Shown: positions 26,905-41,960 of the stretch, one piece after another
Position numbering within the stretch: the first letter of the stretch is position 1
Layout: each line of letters starts with the position of its first letter
Source of the DNA: Lama guanicoe
Taxonomy: Eukaryota
DNA: 64,000 nucleotides
Assembly: GCA_013239625.1 (NCBI GenBank)
Contig: MU053493.1
Location: 1 to 64,000 of the forward strand
Direction of reading: 5' to 3'
Made by a program: the position numbers and the translations under genes
Notes under the pieces: generated by a model
Databases searched by the model: none
Told to the model about the DNA's origin: nothing
What the model saw: only the letters and a program-made list of their open reading frames with translations

Positions 26905-29500
26905 TCAACAGTTGCTCAAAAAGTTAAAAATGGAATTACCATGACTCCTAGCAATTTTACTGCTAGATATACACCCAAAGGATATGAAAACACGTCAGAC
27001 ATCTGTACACCAATATTCAGTGTAATTGTTCAGTGTGGATAGCCATAGTCATACTATTCAAACTAAAAAAGTGGCAACCTCTAAGTGTTCATCAACAGAT
27101 AAAATGTGGCATATACACAAAATGAAATATTATTCAGCCATTAAAAGGAAAATAAAGTTCTGATACTTATCTTGCTTTCCAAATACTATTTCCCAAAAGA
27201 AACCAGGGATCCTAGGAGAAATGGCTGGTTTCATAACTGGAGCGAAGAAAGAATGAAATGAACCTGGATACTGTTATGTTACCAGAAAGTTAGGTGCTCG
27301 AGAAAGGATAGGGTCACAGAGGCCAATTTAAGAGACCTGAATGGCCCAATGGGTGGTAACTTACGAGAAAAAAAAGAGCAATGAATTTTAACCAAAAGAA
27401 AATATCCATAAGTCTACATTTAAATGAATAATTGAAAAACTGAATGGGAGATAAGGGACAACCCCAATTAATAAAATGGGAGATTGAAAATTTAAAAAAA
27501 AATCACGATTTGGCAAGAAACCTCAATATATGCGAAAATAGTATACGGAAGTATGATAAGAAACAGTATTTGCAGTATCACCCCCAAAAGATACGTATTA
27601 TTAATTACAACAGTAAGTAACCAAAGTACCATCACTAGTCATAAGACTATCAACACTATGTGACTCCTAATGATGAACTGAGAACTACATCATTTCTATA
27701 GTGTTCTTGCCAAAAAATATATAACCCCAAACTCAAAAAAAAAAAAAAAAAAAAAAACCAAAAAAAGCCCATACTGGGAGACAAGAATGGTTAGAGAGTT
27801 TGTAGCTTTTTTTAAGTGTCAAAATCATGAAAATCAAAGAAAGCTGGGCAATTGTCCCAAACAGGAGATTAAGGAGATATTGACAGCTATATGCAATGTT
27901 GGATCCCACTTTATGTCACTAGATATATAAAAGAAACAGCTACTAGTGTATCAATGGTAATTTCCTGGTTTTGGTAACTGTATCCTGCATATGAAAGATG
28001 TTAATTTAAGAAGCTGGCAAACAGCATTTAAAAATCCAAACGAACAGCAACAAAAACTATGTACTTCTTTGCAACATTTTTGTAGGCCAGAAGTTATATC
28101 AAAATAATATTAAGAAATAAATAATTCCAATACTTAACTGTTTACAGTCTGCATTAAAAATACTCAAAACAGTTTCAATCTTGACAAAAATAGAACAAAA
28201 TAAAGTTGCTTGCTTAGGAATATCATTTCAGAAGTTGCAAATAAAATTATAATGACTATAACAGGGGAGATAATAATAGAAAAATGAAGAAAATTTACTT
28301 TACTCACTGGGTGCAAAAGTATTCATTTTTAGAAAAAAATCCATTTTTAGCCTAATCAATAATTATAATGACAAGTATAATTAACTGTAATATACAAAAG
28401 ACATTTTATTAAAATTCTCACAAAATTTGATAAAAAATTCTCAACAAAAGGAAGAAAAAATTTCCTAAAATGACTCATAAGCACTTATAAATTATGGAAA
28501 TAGAAAACCATTAATTTTGGAATTTCAGTGAAATTGCATTTAAAAAGTACACAAAAAAAGACTTTCATATATCAACAAGAAAATAAACAAGGTGTACAAT
28601 TCCCATCACTACATTAACAAAACTATGAAATGTTTGGGAATGAATCAAAAAGAAACTTAACTAGCAGTATCCCAACATAACAATTTCATAAAAAAATAGA
28701 AAGACATACCTTTCTGTTGGACAGGAAGACTCAATTTTAAAGAGATCTATTCTCTCCTAATTAATCTATTAAAATTGATGCAAATGAAATTAAAACTGAA
28801 TTATTTTTCCAACTTGCAAAGTAATTTTAAGCATCAATTGAGAGAAAAAAATGCGAGTATAGACAGGGAATATTCTGAAAAAGAAGAGAAATGAGATAGA
28901 ACTCAATGGAATAAGTAAGACTAAAACTCAGTTATTTCAAAGTATCAACAGAAGGTAAGGCAAACAAATAGAAATGTAGTCAGTTATATGTCAGAAATTC
29001 TACATGGTTATGGAAGAAATGAAGAAAAGTTGTAACTGCTTAAGGTGAAATGACTTGGATATGTGATGCTTTAAAATCAGTCATGATTAATGGAAAGACA
29101 AATAAAATGACAAAATACTTGATGAAAAAAAGAAAATACAAAGAATTACAATACTAATGCAACCACTTTTAAAGAAAAACACTAAATCAAAAGGGACAAC
29201 GCAACATGATTATATTTCAATAAACAACCAAAATATAAAACACTATTGTAAACTGATGGTAAAAACATGGTATTTTATTTACAACACATGACAAATAGTT
29301 AACATCCTTAGTCATAAATGAGTTCTTACAAGCCAGTAACAAAGACATCAATATTCCAAGCAAAATGAATAAAAAAAAAAGGAAAATGAAGTAACGCAAG
29401 TGACTAGTAAGGATTAAGCACATATGAAGATGACTGAGCTGACTAATAACAAAAGCAATTTCTTTGCATTATCATACTGCCAAAGATGAAAAATATATTA
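26905..29500 (+). mobile_element. Cluster of old L1 (L1MB/MC/ME-like) fragments
   Basis: 'gaattaccatgactcctagcaatttt','gaaatattattcagccattaaaagga','ccagggatcctaggagaaatggctg', degenerate ORF2 at 28600-29450. Confidence 0.7.
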
Positions 29501-31489
29501 ATTGTTCAGTTTTAGGGAACAGTTTCTCATCCCTAAAGACTGATGAGGACTCATCTATATAATTAGAGGGAAACCTACAGTTTGGACTCAAAACATAACT
29601 TTTCAACACCCTTACTCCTGGCAGGTCCAATTAACTGGAATTATTTCAACAAATGGTAGTCAGACAAATTACAACAATTTATATATAAACCATGTTTACT
29701 GCATAGAAAATTTGCAGCTAATGTAGGGACCCCCCCCAAAAAACACTTGCATATTAATTTGTTTACCAACAGACCCAAAAGGATGTGCACAAAAACTCTG
29801 TTAATAGAAGATAACATCAGGGGGAGGGGCAGGTAGAATTAGGAGGGAAAAAGTCTTTTAAGTAAAAACATTATACTTCAGAAATTTCCACAATCCCTGA
29901 AATCTTGAAAAAGATGACTTTTTAGCAATCAATTTTAAATTTCCCTGTAAGTTAAAACTTTAAATATATGCACTTAACACTTATGGGAGCACTGAAATGA
30001 GGCAAGCCTTGCAATTACACCATCCTTGGCTTCTCTGTTGATTAATGCCTCCACCATTCAAGCTCGAGGTTTAGTCCAACAGCAACAATGAAAACAGTCA
30101 ACATGCCTGGTTACATTTCTCTCCAATAAAACCCTTTAGGTCACTCTCAAACTTGAACCTTCTCAGTCCACTCTTTCTGATCTACATTGAGTGTCCATGG
30201 CAACACATCAATGAGGAGCCTCCAGACATTATGAAGACCGTCTTTTGGTTTTGATGAAGATGGTGGCAGAAGCAATGACATCAGTTTCCTATTCAGCCAA
30301 CACCTGAAAGGATACACTGGGGGGAAATTGGAAAAGGTCAGACAGGCAGGTCATGAGCTCATTAGCAGGAGCTAACAAAACTTTTATGTAAAATGAAATG
30401 CAACAGCTTTTCTATTGTGAAGAAGTAACAGGCGGATTGAAATTTCTTCTGAAATTTTCAAACAAGAAAGCAAGATATTGGTAATCTTTCCTCTCATGTT
30501 TTGCTAAAGGACTGATCCTTCCAACTTTCTCCTTGTGTTCAACTATGTGGTTTCTTGTACCTCTGTATCACCCTCTCATTCATGTAAGTTACTGTGCAAT
30601 CTATGTAATACACCTGTACAAGAAACATAACAATGCCTCACACTGCAATGAAAATAACAAAGAGCTCAGTTCATCTGACAAGAAAAACACTAACTGTACT
30701 AAAGACACAGAGGCTATGATGGAACTTAGGAAAAAGACTTAACTGCTAGGTAGGCACCTCCCCCCAAACCATTAATCTTCTATTTAGCTAAAATGGTTCC
30801 TAAGGAAAAAAGAAACACATTCTGATTAATACCTTGACTTTCAAGGTTATTCCATGGGTATCAGGTAAGCAGGTGCCTCTGAGAGAGGAGGTTCTCTGAG
30901 AAAGAATGTTTAAGGAATTTGTTAGCATTCACTCCTGGCAGCACATGCCATGAATTAACCTTCCAGAGGGTTGTAACGGGAAATGAAGGAAAAACTTTTC
31001 GTGAGTTAAGAGAGGGGGTTCACTATTTATGATAACATTATTGTCTCATCAACAACTATTCTCTCTCATTCTTTTCACAGTTCCATGGCCTAAGTAGTTC
31101 TAAGACTGTACATTTCAGAATCAGCACGTTACACCTGGGCTTTTTCTCTTTTGCATTTCCCAAACTGACTTAATCCCAAGAACCATGCAATTTTTCCTTT
31201 CTCTGAACTTCTAATCTATTGCCTAATTTACTTCCAAAGTCACAAAAACAATTCAGTAGGACTTTATTCTATGCCAGGTGATGAGTAACGTGTTTGTTGA
31301 GAACTATCTGCAAAAGATTAAGAGCATGAGAAGTAGAATACTGAAAATCAATTTAGTAATGGAAACATTGTGAAAGAAACTGCCCCACACTCTGCCACCA
31401 AAGAAACAAAACAAAACACTTTCTTAACTTCCACATCTGAAGTTCTTAATTACTGCACCTTCCTTCATCTGGTCTTTCTTGCAGTCTGG

Positions 31490-31860
31490 GTCTATAGTCA
31501 CCCTGGCACTATCCCACCATGAGATGGATTCTGGGTTGGCCATGACACTGCCAGCCAACAGAATATGGCAGAAATGATGCCACATGACTTCTGAAACTAG
31601 ATGGGAAAGGCCATGCCAGTTTGACAAGGCTCTCTTCTACCACTTGTCTTTATGAGTCATGTGGGAACCAGGCTGCGAGAAGGCACTCTAAACTCAACCT
31701 TCCAAGTCATCTATGAGTGAGGAGGTATCCAGAACACAGCCTTGAATCACTCCATTGGACTGTGTCTTCCCAGTTGACCCCACAGACGTTCTGGCACTGC
31801 CAGAAATCTTTACCCACAGAATGCATGGAAACTACACATTAATGCTTTATACGTTACTGA
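31490..31860 (+). mobile_element. MaLR LTR (old MLT1-like)
   Basis: 'gggttggccatgac...gccaacagaatatggcagaaatgatgcc..tgacttctga'. Confidence 0.65.
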
Positions 31861-34800
31861 GTTTTAGGAAAATTTGGAACTCAGAGATATGTATCCTGAA
31901 CAAGACCTACTAGGTGCCACCAAACACCCAACAAGCTTAAGAAAAAAGCACAGGATCAATTCCTGCCTAACCAAAGTGCCCCTTCCCTGAATCAAATGAG
32001 CACTCAAACTGTCCTTAGAATCATTATCGCCAAGGGGTTCTCCTGGGACCAGATGGGCGTGAAGAACACCTGGAATGAGGAATCCTGCTGCTGAGATTCC
32101 TGGGATTAAAAACAAAGATGGCAAAAAGTATTTCCTCTTGGAACTGTCATCTGACAGGGAGAAAGAAGAAACATTATACAGTAAAATAAACGGCATTCTG
32201 ACAAAGAGCTGAAGCAGCATGTAAGTGGAGCTCATGTTGAACTTGATTACAAATTGCAGGTAAGGCTTAGAAACAACCCCTCACTATCAATCCTGTCATT
32301 GATTCAACTCTCAGCTTCGAAGTGGCTTTACTCCTACTACGATTTTTCAGTATCACACCTTTTATAAGTTTCCATGAACTTCTCCCTTTATCATATCACA
32401 AAACTGTATGTGCAAAAATTTAATAAACTCTGGTCTCATATACCACTAACATCCTCCATAAAAACGTATAAATTGCCTGTGCCAACTAGAAAAAAGTATT
32501 TAAAAACAACAAAAATAGCTGGTCTATTTCCTAATTTCCAATAATTAAACAGCTAATCATTTCCTTTATAATATTAGTTATATTGTCATGTTTTGGTCAT
32601 AAATAAGTAAATTAACTGAAGGAAGATACAAATAATCACCAACATTCTTCAGGCCCTAGAAAAGCTACGTACCAGTGCTATTTTCTGAGTCTAGCAAAAA
32701 CCTTCTCCTGAAACAGCACTTCTTGATCAAGAATCTTCACACCTGTGGTTTACAGTTGAGACTTGTAATTTAAGGAACTCCATAGGAAGAAGAATGTCTC
32801 TGATAATCTCAGGTATCCTCAGATTATCTACAAGTATGTCTTCCATGTTCACCTGAGAAGTTAAGTATAAAAACATAGACCAGATTTAGATATAAATGAG
32901 ACACCAGCAGATAGCGATTAGGGTGACTTCAGCAACAGTCAGGAATAGTGAATGGAAGTAATTAAACAAGCAAATATTAACTGCCCAAAGAGATGACTTT
33001 TTAAAAAACCTTTTCACCTTTTTCAGAGCCCATTTAACATTAATGTTGAGAATACTGAAACATTTCTCATGCTAATTCTGAATAATCTAAAAACTCATCA
33101 TCTATTTGAAATCCTTCAGACTCAACTATATAAGAAAACAATCCATTCCCCAACTCTGTCCATTAATTAAGAGTAACTCCCAACCTATCCTCTCCAACAA
33201 CTTGAAGGCAGTAACCACAAAGATGGCACTGCCTTATAAAAGTACACTTTATGGACAATGTCAGCAACACCTCATCATTCATCTGTTTGCCAACCCAAAC
33301 AGAAGTGTTTAACACCTACCTCAAATCCCATGTTCGCCCTTCTTCTTTCACTGGGCAATCCAGTACTGTTTCAATGTGCAACCTCTCTGCTGCACTCGTC
33401 TCTCAATCATATGCTCTTCAGAGTCACTCAAAAACTATCCACAACAGCCACTGGGAATAAAGCTGGATACAGCATCCCAACACTCCCAAGATGCTGACAG
33501 GCAGGGGATGCAGACAGGCACAAATTGGTGGTATCTTTTAAATTCCCTCTGTAGTTTATATGCTGCTTTTGAAATCTCCAAAATTCCAAAGGCAGAAAGT
33601 AGCAGCAGTACCCTCTCTTCACCTCTCATTTGTACAGTAATATTAAAACTCTGCCATGTTTTTCCAGACAACTTCCTATTCAATAATTGATACATTCATT
33701 TTAGATTGTCATCTAGCAATATACAAATAAAATATTTAAACAGTATGTTTCAGTACTTAACTTACACATGTATAAAATTTCAAGAAGAATGCTAAAACAA
33801 TCATCATTATCACTACTATAACACTGGTGAGTAAGCATTACTTAACTCTATTATCATCTCAGTATCATCTCTTCCCCCAGAAACAGTAACCATTAATATT
33901 TCAGTTAGAAAAACAAGAGGCATGTGGACACACCTCTGTAAACATGAGTTATTCATTCAAAATGAGATATTTCTTCAAAAATGACATAATTTTAAAAATC
34001 AACTTAAAACATCTTTAAATACCATACATAATACTTTTTCAGCATTTGAATATTCATATGATGAATAAGCTATCATTACAATCTTTCTTTTTACTGATAT
34101 GCATTTCATACATTCAAGTTATTTGTTAAACTCAATCTATAACATACTTTTTTATGAATCTAAAAACAGGAATAGATAAAATCTCATCAGCAAGCTACCT
34201 CATTTTAAAAGTTTTACACACACAATTTGATTGTCATGACCCCACTGCTGTTCAAAAAGATAAACTGATTTATACTTCAATCGATGCTGGATAGGATCCT
34301 AAGAAATTTTTGTAGTTTATACCATAGGCAGCTGAAATATAATTCTGGCATTTGTTTCTGATTATATCATAGAAATTAACTATTCACCAGAAAGTTTTAA
34401 AAATCTCTCAGAAAAGTATTCATAAGCACAGAAATTTGTTATCATATATATATATATATGTGGAAACATAAAAACACAAGACATGGAGCTGCTTAATCAC
34501 TTTATATAAGAATTAACATTCACTTAGAACATGAAGCAGGCTTCTGTATGTTTAGGCTTACAATCGAAATATTATTTCCATAATTTTCAAAATCAAAAAT
34601 AGAAGGTCAAGCAATAAGCTAATAAATGAGAAAGAGCATCCTATCTATACCTCTAAGACTAATTTTACATATGTATGTGTGTATATGTTTATAGTATGCA
34701 TGTAAATGAATATAAATACATACATCTGCAAATAGGTTCATATAGATAGCAGAGTAATAATTACTTTAGCCATGTTACATAACTATGAATATATCTATGA

Positions 34801-35059
34801 TTCAAAGTGACAACTCCCTTCTTGTATCTTTTCCCTTCTTCTTCCTAGAGATAAAAATAAATCCCGGGAGCATTTTCCTCTGTTAAAAGTATACAATCTA
34901 ATCTTTTCTTACACATGAGATCTAATGATCTGAAGATATGGCAACAATGTGTACACTTCATCCCCAAAACCCACTGAGAATAAACAACAAAATGTCACAA
35001 AGCCCTAAAAAAAGCCAACTATTAATTACCTATTTCACTACCAAAACATTCCTAGAAGC

Positions 35060-36410
35060 CCATTTAAGATATTTTACAATGAGATTTACAAATTTATACT
35101 TCATGAAATCCCATGCATCTAGAAAAACTAGACTTTAAATGATGTATTTACTGTTATTTACAAAGTTGTCTTGAATATTGCCATGCAGTCCAACTAAATA
35201 CACAAATATGTAATTCAAAGAGAGAATACAGTCTTACAGAATGCATTTCTTATGATTTAAATATATAATGCCCTATCAGCAATACAACTACAAACTATGA
35301 CTTCTAGTTTTTTTAATGTATAATTATCCAAGCACTAAACAATGATTAAAATGTAAAATTTTATTTTAGAGGAGAATGCAAAAGTGAAAAAAATACCTTT
35401 TATCTTTTGCTTTCCAGTAGCAACTCAATAATCAGGATCCCAATTATGTTTAACTCAAGGAATCTACATCTATATGAATTTCATTGCTAACATTTTAAGA
35501 AAACAAAGAAACCATGAAATTTTACAATGAGTTATTTACAAAATTATACTTTGTGAGACTCTATGCATCTAGAAAGACTAGATGTTATTTTAAAAGCTTG
35601 TCTCTGCCTATTTACAAAGTTGTCTTGAATATTGTCATGCAACGAAGGGAACACATACAGAACTGTGTGTAGTTCCAAGAGGTAGTGTAAATCTCTTTAA
35701 CAAAATCATTTAACTTGAATGTTTAAAAAAAAGAAAGAAATATAAGAGGAGGGATGAATAACCAACAGTTACAACATTTAACCATAGTGTCAACTATGGA
35801 CACTGGGTGACTTATGATGTGGTAAGTCAACACAGGTCATCAATTGTAACAAATGTACACTCTGATGAGGGATGCTGATAATAGGGGTGGATCATGTATG
35901 TGTTGGGGCGGGGGATATATGGGAAATCTCTGTACCTTCCCCTCAACTTTGCTGTGAACCTGAAACTGCTCTCAAAAAAAGTCTTAATTAAAATAACAAT
36001 ATAAAAGAAACATATCGGGACTCTTGGTACACCCAGAAACACCAAATGAATTACATGGTGTAAGCTTTTTAGATATATACACTTAATATAATGGCAAAGT
36101 CTTCTATATGTTAACAAAGTAAATGTATAATCTTGTAAATGTTTCCTCTTAAAAACCAAACCAATATATGATAAATTTTCATAGCTCCAAGAGCCTATCA
36201 ATGAATTTCATTGCCATGTTAATTTTAAAAGACAATGGTACTAACACATTTACAATAAAATATTTACAAAATTATACTTTTTGAGACTCTCAATATATCT
36301 AGAAATACTAGATGTTTAAAACTAAGTATTTCTCTTACTCATTATTTGCAGGAGTTTCTTGGTTATTGCCATGTAACAAGTGAACACAGAAATGTGTAGA
36401 GATATCATAA
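35060..36410. repeat. Degenerate tandem triplication, ~450-bp unit
   Basis: Core 'atttacaaa(a/t)ttatactt...tctagaaa.actaga...tattg(c/t)catg' at about 35084, 35534 and 36262; L1 fragment between copies 2 and 3. Confidence 0.85.
35770..36000 (+). mobile_element. L1 3' UTR fragment
   Basis: 'ggggatatatgggaaatctctgtaccttcccctcaactttgctgtgaacctgaaactgctct'. Confidence 0.85.
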
Positions 36411-36827
36411 AATGTTTAGAAAAATGAATTGCATCATGAACCTCAGCACATGTGGAAAAATAAGTTATACCCATGTCCCCAAAATAGAAGTAAAATTCTA
36501 TGTATATCAGAAATGTCTATACTGAGAAATAATGTGTTTATAATGTAACTGTATGCACAGCAGTCTAAAATCACCCTCAACAATAGTGAGTCTTAGTGTA
36601 CCATTTCATTTCTACAAGCGTAAAAAAGTTTACATGCTATTAATCTTAAGTAAACTTATGTTCAAAACTATGACAGAAATTTCTGTACATCTACAGTTAT
36701 ATAGTATAAAAACAAAAATCTGATCACATGCACAACTAAATATTACCACTCCATACACACCAGGTGAAAACACATGGAGGTCATGTAACACTTCTATTTG
36801 TTAATAATATAAGTATTATTAATTCTG

Positions 36828-36828
<1 letters not shown>

Positions 36829-36856
<28 letters not shown>
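36829..36856. repeat. (TG)n microsatellite
   Basis: Perfect TG run. Confidence 0.95.
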
Positions 36857-36858
<2 letters not shown>

Positions 36859-39800
36859 CATGCATGCATGGCAAAGGTGTTTAGTCATAAATACCTAAGA
36901 AGTTGTTATAAAAGAGCTTATCTGCTATACAGACAGTCAAATGTGTCCTTGCTCTGTCCTGACATTTTAAAACTCAAAATTAGACTAGAATAAGAAAAAT
37001 CATACAAGTTTACTATTTAAAAATATGAATGGCAGTGATTTCTACACTTTAACAAAGAATGTCTAATTAAAAACCTCAAGAACATAAAAATGGATAAAAG
37101 GCCTCAAAAATCAAGCCTAATTCATGAACAAGCTGACTCTGCTGTATCTGTGATCAAACAACTGTTAACTTTAACATTTCAATGAAAAGATATTTCCAAC
37201 ATTACTGACAGAAATCACATACCCAAAAAGACTCTATTAGTAACATTTATCTTCCACATAGAAAACAAAGTAGTGGTATAATCCCCAGCAACCAACCACA
37301 TCCCAAATAGCCGTGTTTTAGAAACTCAATTTACCAAAACAGTGTTTTCATCATTGTCTCAGTTTGGTACTCACAAAATATATTGCCTAATCAGCAAATC
37401 ATATAAAAACTAGTATTTGTCTACCACATATCTAGCAGCCTCACAGTATCCTCCATCAACCTAAGTTTATAAACCAAAACTTCCTATATATCATCTGCCC
37501 TCACACAACCCAAAGAACACAGACTAAAGCCAAGTGATAACTGAGCCAAAAAATATACCTACTCTGACTTTTAATGAACACTAGTTTTATACACACATGT
37601 GCATGTATGTATACACATACATAAGAAATCCATATAAACCAAAGACTAAAAGACTAAAGCAAAAACTATTATGTATTCTATGTTATTATACACAATGATC
37701 TAACAAAACACCCCTTCAGCTGCCCAATTGTTTACTCACAGATAATCTGACAATCATTAGGGAAATTTTTCACTCTATGTATAGGTTTGTACAAAAGACA
37801 CACAAATAGTTCCTATGCTTTAAAAAATAGTATCTATTATATACACATAATACAAAAACATTTCTTTGATCAGCCACTATTTAAAGAACTCGGGGCTGAT
37901 ATACCACTGCTAACACCCCCCCATAAAAATGTATTAATTGCCTATGTCAACTAGAAAAAAGTATTTTAAAACAATTCATCAGTTTCATTAAAAGCTAAAT
38001 TCCACTGGCAAATGAAAACTTTTCTCACATATGCTATTTTACCGCGTGTAGAGATTTCTCTAAGTTACCCAAAGAGCTGCATTCTATTTGCATAAATTCA
38101 TGTGAAAACCATAAACAAAGGCAGCCCAGTGGTGTTTCCACCATGATGAATTCTGTCACAAAATGACGATATATTTATCTTAGATACTACACAATACATT
38201 TCTCAAAACCTAAAAATTGAGGCTAATGATCCAATTAACACGCTGAAAGGCCAGATGGAACATCTTTGGCAAACAAAAATATCACTATCCTACTAGGTTG
38301 GCATGTACTTACAAGGATGTTTATACATGCAGAAAATTAGAGGTTAAACAGAAAGTAGAATGTATAAAAATTTCCACCAGAAATGAGTTAATATTGAGAG
38401 GTAACTTAACAGTTCCACTGGAAAAAGAAAAGAATGTCTACCTCTGTTTAACACTAGAATATGTGTAAAACATATGTAGATTCCAAACATCTGAGCGTGG
38501 AGTAAAGCCTGGAGGATGTTCAAAAACTGTCTCTGCATATGCATAGACACACACAACCCTCCAAAACTCCCTATTCTCTATCTTCTAAATTCAGCTTTTA
38601 TTTGCCTAATACGAAGAGGTCCAGAAACTCCTCAGTGACCAACATTATATTCTAATAATTGAAAACTGAAATGCCCAAAATGTCAGTCATCTCTATGCTT
38701 GATAGGATGGTGTAACACAGTAGTTTTTCTATTATATACAAAGCAATTAAAAAAAAAGCCCATTCAACCCTGAACATGCAAGTGTTCAGAGGTCGGTCTC
38801 TTGTGCAAAAATCCCATCATGATAAGGCAATCTTGTACTATACAAATTTTAACATTAAGAAACATTTACAGGATAAGACCTACATCTACCTGGAGCAGCC
38901 TAAATTAAAATTTCTTATGACAGTTGTATACAGAACAATCTCCTCCCTTCAAAAAGACCACAGCAATAATCCAATCAAATGATTTCAAATGTACATCATT
39001 TTCAGAGGTATTCTCAATTGTTTTCTATAACCATGTATTAAAAATAACTCTTCTACATATTTTAGCAAACGATTTGTTAACATTTGCCAACACATTAATG
39101 TCACAAAGCAATTATATTTGGTTATTTCATACAGTATTCTCAAAATGCATTTAAACAGTAACAGTGCCTTCTTTGCCTTTCTTATCGATGTTTTAAACAT
39201 TCTGTGTCCATCTCTTTTCTGCTATTTGTAGACAATACCGAATTGTGTAAAGCTTACAAAATGTCTCCTCTGTCCTCAGAATTCCTTTCTAAGTCTTTCC
39301 CAGAAGACAACTTTCCCAAACATACTTTTAGAAACTTCTTTAGGAAATCAGCTCTATTATCACAACACTCATCTTTAACAGTATCTAAAAATAGTATTTT
39401 TTAAAAAATAAACCTAGGCTTCTTTACTTGAGTGGTAGATTCCAAAACATTAAGCAAAGAATACAAAACAATAAAACTATTACATGTTGAATTTCATTCT
39501 CTTCATCGCCTAACATCCAATGAATAGTTCACGCATATTTATCATTCACTGAGTATTTTACATTTACATTTCAGTACCACTACCCAAACACAATTTTCCT
39601 ATGTATTTAAATAAATGTGTAAGCTACATATGTCCAGTAAATTAGTTAATAGGATTAGATTCTGAGTTGTTTTAAAATGTTCAAGGGAGGATAAAATCTG
39701 TTTTATCACATATGCATACAAATACCATACATATAGGGCTTTTACTGGTAAATCTTTTGAAGACCAGTTGATATTCCACAGCAAAGAAATTATGTTTTTC

Positions 39801-41795
39801 CTCCAAAATTCAAAGATTGCCAATGAAATGTAAACATTTGAAAGCCAAGAAGTTTAGGCCAGTATAAATCTGTATTTTGTTTGTAATTCTGTAGCTGATG
39901 AAGCTTCTAGCTGAATTCAAGATGTGTTTTCCTTCCCTTTCTATCCACACATTCCTGTACGGTTGGGCTCATGTTTACTTGAACTCGTCCACACTAGCCC
40001 AATACTTCAAGCTTTATCCAGCTGAAGTAATTTTTCAATTCATTAGATACCCTTCGCACACTTCCATTTGGGGGAGAAATCTGGAATGAGATGCTGTTGG
40101 ACCAGGTGTGAATGAATTCTGAGTAAAAGATCTAAAGATTGTCTCTACATGAGAGCCTTGGCCAAAGACCCATTAAACTGGCATGAAGTGGACACTTCCA
40201 TGGCAGTCCATGAGCAAAACTGCTCAGGATATTCCAGAAAAATCTGTGTATCTATGTTAATAGAAAAAAAGGTTTGCAAAACTACCCTAAATTGTCCTGC
40301 ATTGTGTCACATTGTATCTTGCTGTGCAAATTTCTTGAGATTCTTACAGATCAAAAGGGTAAAGAAATGTCTGAAATTTATGAATCCACAAGTGCAGTGA
40401 CTAAATTTCCAATTCTGACAGCAGCAAAAGATGCTCTGAGTATCAACAGTTTGTATCATCTTTGTCCTCTTCTCTGATTATTGCTTATTTCTAACACGTT
40501 AAAAACACGTCAACTGTAGATTTATGGAGAACGTGATGCTGGTTGGTCATCTTTCCCAAAGACTGCTCTGGTAGACAGATGAATTCGAGACTCTGAAGCT
40601 GGAAGTAAGGGGACTGGTTAGATGTTTCATTTAGAAAGGTAGCTGCACACAGCCATCTAATGGAGTCTGATCAGTATCTTATTGTGCAAAACAGATTTTG
40701 TTTCTGGATGAAATACTTGCCCTTGTCCATCTTTCTTAGGCTCCATTCATGAATGACAGCCATTTCCTAACCTTCTAGTTGGCATCATGTTTCAAATCTC
40801 TAGAAAATTGATAGTCAAATATATATTTATTATACAATGATTTAAAAAGGGTGTTTATGAATTAATTTTAAAGATTTTATGCTTACTTGCCATTATCTTC
40901 TTTGAATTATCTGTACATGCATTTGTCATTTTAGAAACAATTGTTCAAAATCATTTCTTTTACAATGAATTGTAGAAAGATGTTTATAGTACATTAAAAA
41001 AAAACCCAAGTAGTAACTTATGGTGAAAAATATGAAAACAAATATATGTATGTTCATGTATGATGAAGCATTATGTTGCACACCAGAAATTGACACACTG
41101 TAAACTTACTATACTTCAATAAAATATGTATATACAAAAAAATCCCAAAAGAAAAATAATCAATATATTTTGTCAACCTAAATAGTATCATAGATGCATT
41201 TTCATGTGCCCAAAACCCTGTTAGCCATAAACAAGTAACCTCTGTCATATGTGTCTCAATAACCATGCCCTCTGGATTTCTACGAGATTCACTCTTGGAG
41301 TAAGTTCAAATAAACTTTTTTTTAATATGGAAGATTTATTCTCCAGAGAACTAGAATCAAACAGGTAGAGGCATCCAGGTAAGAACAGACAACCTTAAGG
41401 GACACCCATTCTCTTTCCACCAAAGCCTCAGATTGAAATTTGGAACTCTCACTCCCTTAAGTAGCACCCAACTCCATGCACCCACAGCGTGGCACAGTAA
41501 CTTTCCTTGTGTCTTGATTCAAACTCTTACCAAAAAAATCAGAAAACAGAGGGTTAAACTGGAAGCCAAATTTTGCCTACACTATAAGGCAAATTTCTTG
41601 TACCTTTTATTCATTCACATACTGATTCTACCAGTAACTGTGACAACAATCTAACAATGTAACAAAAAATTACTCCCTATCCATCAAACCATCTAGTAGA
41701 TGCCAATTTTCATGGTGAGCCTTGGACAGAGAATAGTTAACAGTGACACCAGGGCATCTGGTGAACCATTAACATTTCATTCCCCTAATAAAAGT

Positions 41796-41825
41796 CTCTC
41801 CCTCTCCCTCCCTCTTCCTCCCTCC

Positions 41826-41863
<38 letters not shown>

Positions 41864-41960
41864 TCATGTATAACTGAAAAATTGTGCTCTACACTGGAAT
41901 TTGACACAACATTGTAAAATGATTATAAATCATTAAAGAATGTTACAAAAATTAAAAAAA
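41796..41960 (+). mobile_element. (CT)n(TA)n tract followed by a young L1 3'-end fragment
   Basis: ctctct..tatata then 'ttcatgtataactgaaaaattgtgctctacactggaatttgacacaac'; an older related piece lies at about 41040-41140. Confidence 0.8.

Noticed and set aside
33021..33105. ATGATGA...CTGA spaced about 80 nt on the minus strand (novel snoRNA?)
   Set aside because: No terminal stem and no convincing internal boxes; expected by chance in AT-rich DNA
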